The notes: generated by a model not told the origin, from the sequence alone. DNA of 64,000 nucleotides from Antedon mediterranea (GCF_964355755.1 NC_092673.1:21263648-21327647); one strand, 5' to 3'. Shown: positions 13,605-28,200, counted from the stretch's first letter. Made by a program: numbers and translations.

Positions 13605-14997
13605 CCGACCCAAACCCAATAAGTAACACATTATATCGATCTTTAGATAGCCATGCCAGTTTCATGTGTTTTGCCTTTCAGTCACAAAATGTCCTCTGTT
13701 CTTACTTCTCATATCTCTTTATTGTCAAAAAATGAAAAATAATAATTTACATTATTCAACTGATGATTTGACAAAAATATCAAATAAAAAGCTTTCGCTT
13801 GTCTATAGATTTCTCCTTAAAGTATACTTAATTATTTAACAGAGGCTATAAGTAGTTATTAAATGAATATAGCATATAAATACATAAAGAAAATAACAAT
13901 AATTAAAACACATAAATGAAAGAAGTCGCTAAAAAGCATAGAACAATATTTTCCTAGTAAATATTTATTAACTTTTAAGTGTAAACATTTTTTAATGAGA
14001 TCATTCTTTAATCATATGGTAAATTATTCCATATAATTTTGGACCTTGCCAAATAATATTTTTTTGGGCAAGTGAGGAACGAAAGTTTAATGGGTTATTA
14101 TTGATGCATTTGTTATGAAACTTATGTGACTACTATGTATATTAAAATTATCAACAAAAATATATTGTTTCTTATGATTTTACTATTTGTGTTTTATGCA
14201 TATATAGGCTTAATAAGTTTTTTTAAATTTTCTAAATTCTTGGAGATCAAAATGTTGTTGAATGTGTTGGCCAATTATCCCAGGCCAGTGTTCGTATGGT
14301 GTACCAAAATGTACACTGTACGGTACCAACAGAAACCGTTATGTTAGCGATATAGACTACATGTTGTTTTGTACCGTATAGTTAGTGCTAAATAATATTA
14401 CGATATAATGACGGAGGCCTTGTAAGAAAAGATAAATACAGAAATATAGATAAAATTGGAATTACAAAGAATATTCGGTCGGTAACGCAAAGTTGAATCT
14501 TTAAAAATGTACAATTAAAAAAAGGACCATATAGAAGGTGCTCCTCTGTATATCATAATCCTACTTATTTTGAATATATGTGGGTGATTATTGCAAATAC
14601 TTAACATTGATTTATTTGTGCGAATATAAAACTGTATATAATTATATTTAGCTAAAATTTAAATGGAATGTTCGTTTAAGCGGTTTTATTATTCTTCCTG
14701 TTTATCCTTTCGGTCTAAATGGAGCAAACAAGTTATACTTTTGATCAAATATAATAATTATCTTGTAATACAGGCCTTTATTCTGCTTGCTTTATCGAAG
14801 AATGATATACGCTCGTATTGTTAATTGTTAGAGTGTTTTTATAAAATGTATTTAGTTGGTTATTCAATATGTATCGGTTTCAGTACCAAAACATTTAAAA
14901 ACCAAATGATGAGTTTGCTAGGCATTCATAATAAGAAATATTTGACACGAAAGCAAGAAATGTAATATATGAAAAGACAACAAAATGAATGTTATAC

Positions 14998-15191
14998 AGT
15001 TCTGTCTACACCATGCACCATCAAACTTTATGTGACAAAAAAAGGTGATGTGCCATATATGAACATGATGATGTCATATATATCACTGCCATATCTAAGC
15101 ATACAACTACCATATTTGGGCATATCACTACCATATTTAGGCACATCAATGCACCTTTTTGTTAAACTAGTTTGATAGTTTAGACAGAGCT
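14998..15191. mobile_element. Harbinger-type MITE, family A (CArG-array MITE), copy 1
   Basis: TIR AG(C/T)TCTGTCTACAC...TAGACAGAGCT is followed by TAA. Internal ~21-bp units include CCATATTTGG at 15110-15119. Confidence 0.85.
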
Positions 15192-15270
15192 TAACAGCAG
15201 TTAAAAAGAGCTGTAAAAATGTTAACACCTTAGAAAAAACAAAACTAAGAAATAATATAACTAAAAAGAC

Positions 15271-15501
15271 AGATCTTTCTATACAAAATTATTTTTTTAC
15301 AATGTGAGAGTATCAATCAATCAATTTTTAAAATAAGCTTTCGACCAATAGATCCTTATCAAGTCATAAAAGAAAAAAAAAACATAAGAAATAAGATAGA
15401 TATCTCTATACAAAATTATTTTGTACAATGGGAGAGTATCAATCAATCAATTCATTTAAAAAATAAGCTTTCCGTCAATAGGTTCTTATCAAGTCATAAA
15501 A
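15271..15501. repeat. Tandem duplication, 2 x ~100 bp
   Basis: CTATACAAAATTATTTT...TTATCAAGTCATAAAA occurs twice. Confidence 0.8.
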
Positions 15502-17103
15502 TAAGTGGGTGTATAGGATAAGTCATGTAGGCCTATGTGTGCTTCTATATATAAATTTACGTAAGGGCAAAATTCGGTAAATCGCGCCTTACTTCTAGAA
15601 TTTTTACTCGATGGTATATAAAGTTGGTTCGTACTTTCGGTACTGATTTTAACCACCTGATGTAACCCTGTTTACTAATTAAATTAAGTTAGATAATTAG
15701 TTATTGACGATTAAAACGAATTTAGGTTCAACGATTTGCCCCAAATAGGGGTGTTTTCCGATCGTGGTATACACTGTCTAATGGATGTCCATCTTGAAAA
15801 ATACCCGCCACAAAAATGCGAGGAGGGTTCGCATTTTCCTATCTCCTCCTACGATAATTGTTTTTAATAGCTGAAAACCGGTTGAACAGTTCGAGTACAG
15901 CATCATAATGTTGAAGACAGGCCGATTTTCTTTAAAAAATACTATTTTGATACATTTAATATACGTTTTTACAAATGTATTGATTTGTGATGAATGGAAC
16001 ATTCCAAATTATTTGGTTTAACAATACAGGTATAGATTTAGATTTATGGGTCCCCTTGGAGAATAAACATAAATAGTATTGCAATGCTGTACAATACTGT
16101 TAAGGTATTAACCACTTTTGATCGCAATTTGAATCGCAAATTTCTTACTGTGAGTGTTGGTACTGTTAGATGTAATATAAAAATATATACAAATAAACTT
16201 TATTACTGTGAGTGTGGGTAGGCCCTACTGTTAGATTATAAACATATAATATACAAATAAATAAACGTTATTACTGACAGTTGCTTCTCAACGTTTGTAT
16301 TAATTAATAATTTAAAATTATATAAACGTCGTAGTGGTGTATCGTTACATGTACTTTACTATTTCAATCGACTATGACAGTGAGAGTTTTAACAAAGTAC
16401 CGTATTAAATCGTAAATGTTTTACTGTATTTAGTGGTATATTATGTATAGGCCTATAAAACATTAAAAACAATATTTCGTTACTGAGTGGATAAGAATAT
16501 ATTTTAAAATGTTTCCTCTTTGTACCTATCTTCTTCCCCCATCCCTCAACCTCAACCTTTAGATCGGTCGCACACTTAGCACAAAGGTGCATCCTTCACA
16601 ATATAAAATATAACAATTAACAGAAAAGTAAAAAAAGGCAAAAGCAACTATCAACCCCTATCCTACCCACCCCCTCCCCCCAATTTACATCGATACATAC
16701 AGTAGATCATTACTTTACACAATGAATACAAAACAAGATATAGTAAAAGTGTATAAAATAAAATCAAATCAACTGATAAACACAGCTTATTACGAAAAAC
16801 CCCCAACTCCTCCCCCCCCCCCCCCACTTTTTTTCAATTTACTTAATGTAGCAATAATGTTACATACAAAACACAAATTGGGTTTGTTTAAATGAGTCCA
16901 AATAAAAAAATTTGACTCATTTTGTTTCTCTCTCGGAAGTAATTCCCAGGGTGCTAATTTTGGTTGACTACATAAATCATTGTGTATATTTATTCGTTTC
17001 TGTAAACGACAATGTATTATAGTCCTGCGGTACGTACATTTGAAATCTCCATTTTTTTCTCGCTGGAAATACTGTGTATTCGAGAACCATCTGTGGGCAC
17101 GAC

Positions 17104-17140
17104 CTAGATGGTACGCGAGCGAAGCGAGCGTGCCATCTAG
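17104..17140 (+). mobile_element. Helitron-like 3' terminus (hairpin + CTAG)
   Basis: The sequence is CTAGATGGTACGC-GA-GCGAAGC-GA-GCGTGCCATCTAG, followed by T. Confidence 0.5.
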
Positions 17141-17809
17141 TATGTGCAATTACTATTACCTGGTTTCCTCAGATGACTCCATTTACGCATAAACTTTATA
17201 CATCATGCTCCAGGCATTGATCATTAGAACATTATATTAATCCTAATCTATCCTATCTTTATCTTATCTTATCCTAATCCTAATTTTATTGTAACTTAAT
17301 AATTGAATAATTAAAACTTGTAGCTTCTGTACAGGTTCATCAATCTATCCGGTGCACAATTTTTCGGTTTCATTCGTAAATTTAGTTTGGTTAAACCATC
17401 AAACATCAACCACACTGCAAAATGCATAATTTTTAGTTGTTCATTTTAATTAAACCCGCTATTTTGTTCTTATTTTGTTTAAGCCAAGCATACTTAAATT
17501 CAAACGTTATGCACTTAAAAATAAGGTAAGAACTGTATTGTAGTATATAAGAAAAATATTTGTTTCGTTGATGTATTTTAGAACTGAGACCTAGAAATTT
17601 AAATCTAAAAATCCCTTATGTTAGTTGGATTTCTTTTTGAAAATCAACAATGTTGGTAACAAAATGTGACCTAACCAAAGCTCACAATCATATTAACAAT
17701 ACAAGTAAAAACATTTTATTGAAGAATATTTCATGTAGAGATAAACACATTTTTTAGCTGACTAAAGTAGCTTGTGTCGTGCGTGGTTTGATCATGTGTG
17801 GGTGGGCCA

Positions 17810-19332
17810 TGTTACAACCGTTAATGTAGAAAACGCCAGCTAATGTCGAAACAACCGTTAATGTAGAACAACCAACCGCTTATGTAGTAAAACCTCCAGC
17901 TTATGTAGAAACACCAACAGCTTATGTAGTAAATAAAAATCAACACCAGCTAATGTAGAAACAGTCAACAGCTTATGTAGTAACGAAAATTGCCTCCCAG
18001 CTTATGTAGTTACTATCGCCAGCTAATGTAGAAAATGTTATATATTTTACAAAAATGTCTCATTCATGTGCAAATGCATCGATCTTTACTTAGCTATCAG
18101 TCTTTCCACCTCTCGTAAGCAACCAACTTTCTAAGACGACCACACATCGTAAGCAACCATCTCTGTTAAGGGACCGCTTCTCATAATTGACCACGTCTCG
18201 TAAGGGATCACCTCCTCTCATAAGGGACCACTTCTCATAATCGACCACCTCTCGTAAACGACCACCTTTCTTAAGGACCACACCTCTCATAAGTGACCAC
18301 CTCTTTTATGGGACCACGACCTCTTTCTCTCTATTAAAGGACCGCTTCTCATAATCGTCAGTGACGACTCTTTTAAAGGACCACCTCTCTTAACGACCCC
18401 ACCTCTCGTAAGTGACGACCTATTTTAAAGGACCACCACCTCTATTAAGAGACTGCTTCTCATATTCGACCATCTCCCATCACAATGACCTCTCGAAAGT
18501 GACCACCTCTATTGAACGACCACTGTCTCTGTTAAGGGACCGCTTCTCATCATTGAAGATTTAATAGAGATAAAGAGGTCGTGGTCCCTTAAAAGAAGTG
18601 GTCACTTACGAGAGGTGTGGTCGTTAAAAGAGGTGGTCGCTTACGAGAGGTGGTCGATTATGAAAAGCGGTTCCTTATGAGAGAGGCGGTGATCACTTAC
18701 GAGAAGTGGTCGATTATAAGAAGCGGTCCCTTAATAGAAACGGTGGACGTTCAATAGAGGTGGTCACTTACCAGAGGTCGTTGTGACGGGAGATAGTCGA
18801 TTATGAGAAGCGGTCCGTTAATAGGGAGAAAGAGGTCGTGGTCCCTTAAAAGAGGTGGTCATTTACGAGAGGTGTGGTCGCTTACGAAAGGTGGTCGATT
18901 ATGAGAAGCGGTCCCTTATGAGAGGAGGTGATCCCTTACGAGACGTGGTCGATTATGAGAAGCGGTCCCTTAACAGAGATGGTAGCTTATTACGATGTGT
19001 GGTCATTTTAGAAAGTTGGTTGCTTACGAGAGGTGGAAAGACTGATAGCTAAGTAAAGATCGATGCATTTGCACATGAATGAGACATTTTTGTAAAATAT
19101 ATAACATTTTCTACATTAGCTGGCGATAGTAACTACATAAGCTGGGAGGCAATTTTCGTTACTACATAAGCTGTTGACTCTTTCTACATTAGCTGGTGTT
19201 GATTTTTATTTACTACATAAGCTGTTGGTGTTTCTACATAAGCTGGAGGTTTTACTACATAAGCGGTGGATTGTTCTACATTAACGGTTGTTTCGACATT
19301 AGCTGGCGTTTTCTACATTAGCGGTTGTAACA
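17810..19332. mobile_element. 1.5-kb foldback non-autonomous DNA transposon (Ginger/TDD-like termini)
   Basis: Termini are TGTTACAACCG...CGGTTGTAACA with a 5-bp TSD GGCCA (17805-09 and 19333-37). The arms are nearly identical inverted copies over ~500 bp. Internal repeats switch orientation at about 18555. Confidence 0.9.
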
Positions 19333-19837
19333 GGCCACCATTTTACCTTTGTGTCAAAAGATGAAATTGGAGAGAGAAACATTAACTCAGTACGAGGTAG
19401 GGCATGCAAAAAATCTAACGAAACAAAGGATTGAAATAATGGTTAAATTTATATGCTGTTGAAAGGTTATTACAAAAAGAACTTGTTGTAGGCCTATCGA
19501 ATGCAGAATGTGTAGGCCTATACATAAATCTAATCTACTTTTGGTTTCATTAAAGACTTAGTAAAGACATGCATTAGGCCTATTTTCCCTTGTTTGCACA
19601 TTCCATTTAAAACAAATCGTTCTATAGGTTTATTTATTTATCGTTATCGTTTGCTTTATCGTTTGCTTTATCGTTCGCTAGTCATTGGCTATGCTTCTTT
19701 CTCGTCTCAATAATCCCAATTATTATTAGTATATCGTCCATGTTCGTCAACTGTCAAATTATTAAAATGACTAAAATGGAATAATGAAGACCTATTTTCA
19801 TTTCAACTTTATCCAACAATGAGTTGACGGAAATGTA

Positions 19838-20178
19838 ATATTCACATTGCAGTATGCATCGGTAGTAAACAATATCAATTAAATACAAAATATTTATAGA
19901 CATGCGTGCATAGGCCCTATTACATCCAATACAATAATATAATAATCCTTTCTAAAATAAAATTGTATTTCTCTCAGTGAGTAACTAACACTAACAATTC
20001 CTAATTTTAGTTATATTCACATTACAGTATGCATATAGGCAGTAAACCATATCAATTAAATATAAAATATTTATGATCATGCATGCAGATACATCCAATA
20101 CAATAATATAATAATCCTTTCTAAAATAAAATTTTATTTCTCTTAGTGAGTATACCTAACTAACACTAACAATTCCTA
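19838..20178. repeat. Tandem duplication, 2 x ~165-175 bp
   Basis: ATATTCACATT...TAACTAACACTAACAATTCCTA occurs twice. Confidence 0.85.
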
Positions 20179-21065
20179 TTTGTTGTTGTAGAAAAAAAAA
20201 TTATAAATTATTACATTTGCGCAAACTACGTCAGTTGTTTTAAATATAGTATATGTTTACCGTCACAAGGGTTGATATTAATTAGATACTTCATTTTTAT
20301 TTAAAGTTTATTCTATTTATACAAGACGGCTGGAATTCAGAAGGTATTCACGAATCAAGGTAATATATTAGACATATTGGATAATTGTACGAGATTTTGT
20401 TGAACGGCGACGGGGGCAGAAGGATTCAGCTACTACCTACGTAATTTACAATGTTAATGACCACGCGTGTTTATCAGTAGGCCTAAGCACTTGTTTTTAA
20501 AATTTGATCAATCTCCATTATTTATTACAATCACAAAAATTAAAATTGTAATTATGAAATCAATAACGAACTAATAAATAAAACTTTTGCATTTAGTTCT
20601 TGCGCTTTACTACGGTAAACCTACAAACAGATGAGTGATTGGAAAAATGTATTATAACAATCTATATATACGCTTGTGTAAAAGATCATACTCGCACAAA
20701 AATACTTGTCAAATAGTTAACATTTAAATGACAATGTGATATTTATAACTTAATCTTTATACTTAAGTAAAAGCTTTATATTAGATGTCTTAAAATGTCA
20801 TAGTTTGCCGCCAGTTAGCACCAATCCCATCAATTTAACCGCGCCCGCGTACAAACGGATTTAGTACGCGGACGCAGACGTCTTTTCGTGGTTTCACTCA
20901 TGATATAAGTAGCGTTATTTGAATAACCACAACTTAACAATGATTTAATACAATATGATTTTGTCTCCTGGGATGCAGTCACATTAATTATTGTTGTTAT
21001 AAGATAATCGTGAAGACAACCAAGTCAATATCATAATTGACAGAATTCTTGATTTTGGCAATGTG

Positions 21066-21238
21066 CACGCAAGGTACACGCAAGGTACACACACGGTACA
21101 CGCAAGGTACACTCAAGGTACACGCAAGGTACACACACGGTACACGCAAGGTACACTCAAGGTACACGCAAGGTACACTCAAGGTACACTCAAGGTACAC
21201 GCAAAGTACACTCAAGGTACACGCAAGGTACAAACAAG
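21066..21238. repeat. 11-bp minisatellite (~15 copies)
   Basis: CAAGGTACACG / CAAGGTACACT units in tandem. Confidence 0.95.
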
Positions 21239-21790
21239 GAACGCGCAATCGCATGATTTTATTGTTAAAATTGGTATCTTATAAACTTTAAAAAAACAGT
21301 ACATAAATATAATTGTTAGTGTAAATTATTATAATATTTAAAGTATTTTCCAGTCCGAATTAAGAATGCAAATATTATTAAGTTATCAAGATTAGCTACT
21401 ATGACGAATAAGCTTATTCTTTCCCTGGCATTGCACTCAGAGAAACAAAATCAACAAGAGGTGCAATAAAAATAATTTACCTAATCAAAAAATAACATTA
21501 TGATTTACATGAGACAAATTTTTTAGATTTAGCCAAGAACAGATTTGAATGTTAAATTATAATTTGTTTTATTTTGGTGTATGATATAAGACAGAATTTG
21601 TAAATTAACGGCAGAGACAGCTGTCTGCAAATTTAGAAACCAAGGGAACACATTCTGGACCCACCAAAATGTCCCCTAATAATGGGGTGTCTTCAGATCG
21701 GGTTTGTAGTGTAGTAGTAGTAGTTGTTTTACCGTCGATGCATCCCATTGATAAAAAGAATGGTTTTGTCAATGTCGTTGTTTATTTATA

Positions 21791-22040
21791 CTGGGTAACC
21801 TCTTCAGTCAAAGACTGGTCTCCCAGAGGTCCCAGTTATGATCAGTGGTTGTGATGTACTAGTACACCGGGGTAACGCCCTACTCGTCTCGAAAGATGTA
21901 CTAGGCTCTTAAAGTGCACGTGAGCTAGACGTGATCTGAGTACACCGGACCTCGGTTTATCCGAGAAGACGCGTTCTTCCACCAGAACCGAGTGAGCCTC
22001 GAACCCTTGCCGATGTTTATTGCTACATAATTACGGGTCC
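21791..22040 (-). mobile_element. tRNA-derived SINE with Deu/Nin-like central domain, copy 1
   Basis: The reverse complement has a B-box GGTTCGAGGC followed by CTTCTCGGATAAACCGAGGTCC...TTTAAGAGCCTAGTACATCTTTCGAGACGAGTAGGG...CCCCGGTG. It matches the copies at 37223 and 47302. Confidence 0.7.
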
Positions 22041-24427
22041 TATTATAGTATTTTAGTCCTTTACGGTAAAATAACAATTAGCAATATTTATAACAATTAA
22101 AACATTGACATTTGAAGCATGATGTGATATTATTGTCAGTATTAATTAATATTTGTCGTACGCATGCACAGACTGGATTGTATATTGGTTTTGAAATATC
22201 TTATAATAAAACGATTGTGAAAGAGGTTTATCCTATAAGTATTCTATTTAATGTCCATTGCGTAACTTGCCAAATTAAGTGAAATCTTTTTATTATTATT
22301 TAATTCATACTTTCTAAATATTGTTCTCCAATCCGGTTTTTGAAACAAAATGGTAACCATTGACCTACTATCCTGGTTTATTATCGCCATGTTTTATGAA
22401 ACATAATTATTGAACATTAATTCACTTAATAATAATAGTAATCTTAATGTGATACCTGTATTTACTTCAGGAAGAATGTATGCATTCCTCAACATACATT
22501 TGGTCCTTTTTATGATAGTCAACATTCTCTGATTTTCTGTATACATATGACACCATTTCCAGTATCAGATAAAATTCTGTAATACAGCATCACATTGTAT
22601 CTATATGTTAGGCTATACTAATAGATTACGGTTTGACACAGGTGGCACATGTGACATTGTATCACAGAATGTTCCTATAATACTCTACTCTATTTTTGTC
22701 TATAATGAGTTTCAATCAGGTTTTCGAGAACCGATGAGTTTTCACGTATACAAACTAAAGCTACTTTTATACGATAATATATATTAATAATAATAATATT
22801 ATCAAGTTTACTTAATAATGTTAATTAATATAAAATTATGTGGTTATTGATCAGTCTGGTTGCCTTTCGTAAAACTCACTAAACGTAAGACGGTTAAAAT
22901 TATATACAAAAAAATGTAAATGAAACGTTTAGTTAAACCATAATTTAAAGTTAATAGGAATTAACATATAAGGTTTACGTTTGATTTTATCTACGCCAAT
23001 TTAACATTTAAAGAGATTACTTAATACAGATCACAATCGTAATATAACTTTAAAAGGTAGATCATGTTAAAGGCATTGTTTCGCCTTTAAAATGTAATAG
23101 GCCTAATGTTGGTGATCTCAACGACGACAGTTAAACAATATTATTTTGATGATATTGATGATGGCGATTATTGATACAATGATTCTTATAGATAACGATT
23201 GATAGCGATGATACGTTGATGATAACATCACTTTTTATACGGTACGGTATATTAAAGGCCAGATGCGGGCAAAAAATTTATATTGATCATACATTCCAAT
23301 AATTATCGATCTATAGTTTCCCCTATGTTTCATAATTTTTGGGATTTTATTTGTGTTACACAAGCTTGTTGAAAATAAGCACTTTCTTATCAGTGGGGGG
23401 ATAGTTCAAATTACACAGTAAAATCTCTATTCTTTTGTACACAAATTTTGTAAATAGAGAGGCATTTTAAAAAGCTATGAAAAATAAACGGTGTGGTAAA
23501 AAATGTTATCAGATGACTAAATATAGGTAATATAACTTGAATATTACATTTCTGATATTTTTATTCAACTTCAGATTTTTATTTTCATGCTATAGCAAAA
23601 ATTATCCACCGTATATCCACCATCTTTTTCCACCATCTAGGGAGTCACCAGACATGTTATTACATTAGGTTAACTACCTAACTACTGAAAAAAAGTCTTC
23701 CTGGTTTTTATGGAAGAATTTTGCCAAATTTTGTATTTGACCATATTAAGGGAAGTTCATGTTTTTTCGTCTCGATTTCTGTTACAAATATTTGATTTAT
23801 GTACAATTAACCAAATATTATATTTAAAATTCATGCCTGTACCTGAGCTTTAAAGCTTGGTTCCCGCTATAAGAAACAAGGATGTAAGCGCAACGCAGGT
23901 GATTTGATCACAAACGATGGATTAGGAATGTCGCTGCATGGTATTGGTCAATTCTATTGCGTTGTGTCTACAACCTATTTGCGTTACGTCCACCACGTAT
24001 TTGCGTTATGTCCACTACGTATTTGCGTTACGTCCACTACGTATTAGCGTTACCAACAAAGCATTAATGCTGAATTATTCTGTATAGTCCTGGCCTGAAA
24101 TTTCCTCTGGAATATTGTACAATTTTGTTTTTAAATCCGCCATAACCTTTTTCTTTGGTTAAAAGATACATTGTCAACTAAAAAAAAATTTTAATTTTTT
24201 TCTTTAATATGCCATTTTAATGTCACGTAAAAGTTATCCATTATTGACCGAAAATTGAATCGAAAAAAAAAAGATTTACTTGAAAAAATGAAAAAAATAC
24301 TTAAATTGTCTGTCAGACAATTTCGTTTGTCTTATTATAAGTGAAATAATATTTTTTTTTTTTCTGAAGTGAATAACTTTATTAAAACTGCAAAATTGCC
24401 TATTTTTTCATAACTTACTCAATTTAA

Positions 24428-24694
24428 AGATGTATTGTCTCCCAACATCATGAAATAAAAATGTTTAAAATCAAACTTTGAATAGGTCATTTTGCAATTT
24501 GAATGATGTTTTTCACTTCCATAGAGAAAGCAACCTTGGAATAGAATACACAGTTATGTATACTAAAAAATCATTTTTTTGACAATTTTACTATTTTTTG
24601 CTTTGAATTAAATGTTTTCACATAGGCCTATTTTTGTTCTCATTAAAGTGGCATACTCAACAACAACAAAAATATTTCGGGGGACAATATATCT
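24428..24694. mobile_element. Kolobok-type MITE
   Basis: TTAA|AGATGTATTGTCTCCC...GGGGGACAATATATCT|TTAA. An adjacent inverted partial copy lies at about 24163-24420. Confidence 0.8.
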
Positions 24695-24869
24695 TTAAGT
24701 GTAATGTGCCAACCGCGTATTTGTACATCAATTGGCCTAATAAGAAAACATATTTCACTCATAATTTACTATCTATTTTATCCTAAACAATGAAATAAAG
24801 ATAAGAATTTGTATCAATAGACTTGTACCCAACTCTGACTTTTATATCAAGCTGAATTTCAGATTACAC

Positions 24870-25265
24870 TACATTAGAATCCCTATCAAGCGGACACCCG
24901 AAGTGTCCCAAAAATGAGCGAGTGTCCCCTTAAAATGTGGGTGTTTCATAAAGGGGTCGTGTTAAATGACCCTTTATTTTGTTGACAAGAAAATGTCCCC
25001 TTATATAGGGATGTCAACTAAAATAGGATTGTCCAAAAGAAGGAGTTCTCCTGAATATAAAGGGGTCGTATTAAACGGCCCTTTATTTTTATGACAAGAA
25101 AATGTCCGCTTAATAGAGATGTCAACTAAAATAGGGTTGTCCAAATAAAGTAGTTCTGAATATAAAGAGGTCGTATTAAATGGCCCTTTATTTTGTTGAC
25201 AAGAAAATGTCCTCTTAATAGGGATGTCAACTAAAATAGGGTTGTCCAAAAGAAGGAATTCTCAT
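24870..25265. repeat. pogo-like MITE remnant with 3 tandem ~117-bp internal units
   Basis: It starts TACATTAGAATCCCTATCAAGCGGACACC. The unit ATAAAGGGGTCGTATTAAA...GACAAGAAAATGTCC...GATGTCAACTAAAATAGGGTTGTCCAAA occurs three times. Confidence 0.7.
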
Positions 25266-28200
25266 GAACATAATTATTACTGGAATCATTACAGATATAT
25301 CCATTTCACATAGAAATCAGGACACACGATGTACTTTGTCGAAAATACTTACCGCGAAGGTGTCCCTAAAATAATGAAGCACATTTATTTAAATTTATTT
25401 AACCTATAAAGTACAATTTGAAACGTTATCTTTATCTTTAGTAGGCCTACTACTATACATCGGGTTGAAATTGTTTTGTACTTGACAATATCGTAGAAAT
25501 ATAATGCCTCAAAAATAAGACTTACCTTAGTAAAATATTCCAGATGGTAACGAAAGCAAGACGTTACTGATAATGAAAAGGTGTGTAATATTAAAAGGAC
25601 AAACTGTGTAGGTTTATCTGCTTTTCTAAGTAATCTGTGTGGAGGTAAATGAATGGAAATTATAGTGCGTGGGGCTGCTGCATTTGAAGGCCTAATTTTT
25701 GTCCACTACTTTCAACGTTGGTTTTGAGTCCATTGGGACAGCACCATTGGCCGTAACCACCGGGCCTGTGTGGGTGTCGCGCTTCCACACTTGCAAGAAT
25801 ACTAGGCCTATATAATATTTGTTATGTATACAATTTACTGTAGCAGATGAAATAAGTATACTCATGGTTTTAATAACAGAGACGTGGGTGTTCACAGTGT
25901 ATTTGTTATGTTTGAACCGAACATAATGATCTAAATATGTTGTAAATGAATTGTTTGTAATTATCACTAATATTAATTATTTCGATGAGACTTATGTTAT
26001 TGTTTATGCGTTTGTATGTTAATCGTGAACGCAAAATTCAAAATTGCGTTTAATTTCCCCATGACACGAGCCCAACATCAAATTCCTCATTGACGGTAAA
26101 CGCAAAATTCGCGTTTCGTGTTGCGTTTACGTCGGACATTAAACGTAATGATATGTTTTTTTGAATGATACCTTGTTTTGTTTCAACTTAGAATTTTCTT
26201 TCTAACCTACTATATTTATAGATACTACATAGATGTTGATTTATACATAGGCCTATTGCCGACTTTGGTTTTTGGCAAGTTATACATAAAACGTGATATC
26301 CTGTTTTCTGTATTAAATTAGAAAATAGATTTTTTAAAGTATAACCACAATGAAATTGAAGATGAATAACACTTTCTATCAATTGTTTTAAAATGATAAA
26401 GTCCTACGACCAGTTTCATAATTTCCAATCAGAAAATAAGTTCACTAATCCAATATCTTTCTTAAATAAGACTTGAATAGAAAATATTTCAAAATGTATT
26501 CTTCGTTCTCCGAGAATTAATAAATAATCATTTTAAGTACTATTGCATCTATTTTGTGTACAGTAAATGCTCTGTCGGCGTAATCTATTTCCACCCCCTT
26601 ATCCCGAAAGAAGGAACATTTTGTTATTGAGTATCATATTTATTTTAATTTAAAAAAATCATCATTTTATTGCAGCACTAAGAGTGTCGTCACTTATGAT
26701 ATGAAGCATAATATAATTTCATTCCCGAAATAGCCTTTAAACTAAAAATTATCGAGTATAGGCCTACTGAGTGTATTTACCATGTGGGTTGATTAATAAA
26801 GGTATTTCATTGAGATGCCTACATCTGATTTTAAAAATTGGTTTAATTAGCATGACATATAAAGTGTAGTATACATCTACATCCTATTGGACCGATAAAA
26901 TAAATTACACACGGTTTCACAGACACTTTTTAACACCGTTGTGTCATATTTGTAACATTGTCCCACGCAAAATACGTAGGCAAAGGGCCAGTAAACGAAT
27001 TAACAAACAAATATCACCGCGAATTATATTAAATCTATTTATTTTGGACTGGATTTTCAACTATAACGTATAAATAATATTGCATAATGATAATTATCCC
27101 TTACATAACATGGTTGACTTGTTTAAATAACACGTGACGATTTCTTCTTCTTTTTTTTTTCAAACAACGGCCGTGCCTGGTTAATTGTATCTTATAATTA
27201 TTGATGTATAGAGTAAAGCTTTATATAAAAAGGTGGTTAAGTCATAACTTATGCAGTATAAGATGTTATGTTTTTGTTCCTGGATTCTCCCTGGCTTTTT
27301 CCATCGAGGCTGCAAGACAGTGAATTTAAATTAAAGCCCACAACAAATTATGTTACGGCTTATCAAATTCCAACCCTCAATGGATTTCTAATCATGTTGT
27401 AAAGAAGATATATTTAAGCCTATATAAAATCTACAAGTTGGGGTGTAATATGCGTCTGATAGAACAGTTATGCTTTCCCTCCATGCATAGTAAATAAGTT
27501 ATTCGTAATGTGTAGGCCTATAGCCCGCTAAGCTGCTAGAGACTGGTATAATGTACTCTTTTCTCTGTTTGCATACTGGTCTTTCATATCATCACCACAC
27601 CATTTTCAAACACAACGAAATATTAAAATAATACAATTGAAACATCATAAATTATATTTTAAAATATTTTTTATTCTCAAGCCGAATGCACCGACATGAT
27701 TTATAGATAAAAGCAGCAATTTTCTAGCCTCCTTGAAACATGGCTTCCTTATGCAAAAGGTAGCGACAAGGAGATGGTTTAGGCCTACACAAGTGCGACA
27801 CTAAACGACTAGATAGAGATAGTTACGGGCTAGCCCATTCGAGCTTTTCCCTACCACCACTCTGATTACAATAAACTGAAACAGTCTATTAAACTGTTTT
27901 TTTTTTAAGAATAAAAGTGTATAAATAACTTAGGTAAATCCACACGAGGATCTTGGCCAATACATTCCAATGATTTTAGTTTTAAACCATTGTATCTTCA
28001 CATATGATCTTGTTATATTGTTTATATAATAGCTTATCTATTTACCCATCATAACTTCTTTAAATTTCTATATTATATCAAATTCACGAATCATTATAAT
28101 AATTTATTTGAAATACAGAAATGGTATTTTGTATTTTTAACATCCAAATTAAATATGGGTTCTTAACAAAGTCATAGCATATGAAAAACAACGACATGTA

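Noticed and set aside
16790-17192. 119-aa ORF with poly-Gly and the opposite-strand 70-aa ORF
   Set aside because: The poly-Gly comes from a C homopolymer, and no homology is recognisable.
18090-19052. Two near-identical ORFs on opposite strands resembling duplicated genes
   Set aside because: They are the two arms of the foldback element, translated from short repeats.
20997-21291. Cys-rich and YTQGT-repeat ORFs
   Set aside because: An 11-bp minisatellite lacking stop codons is open in several frames.
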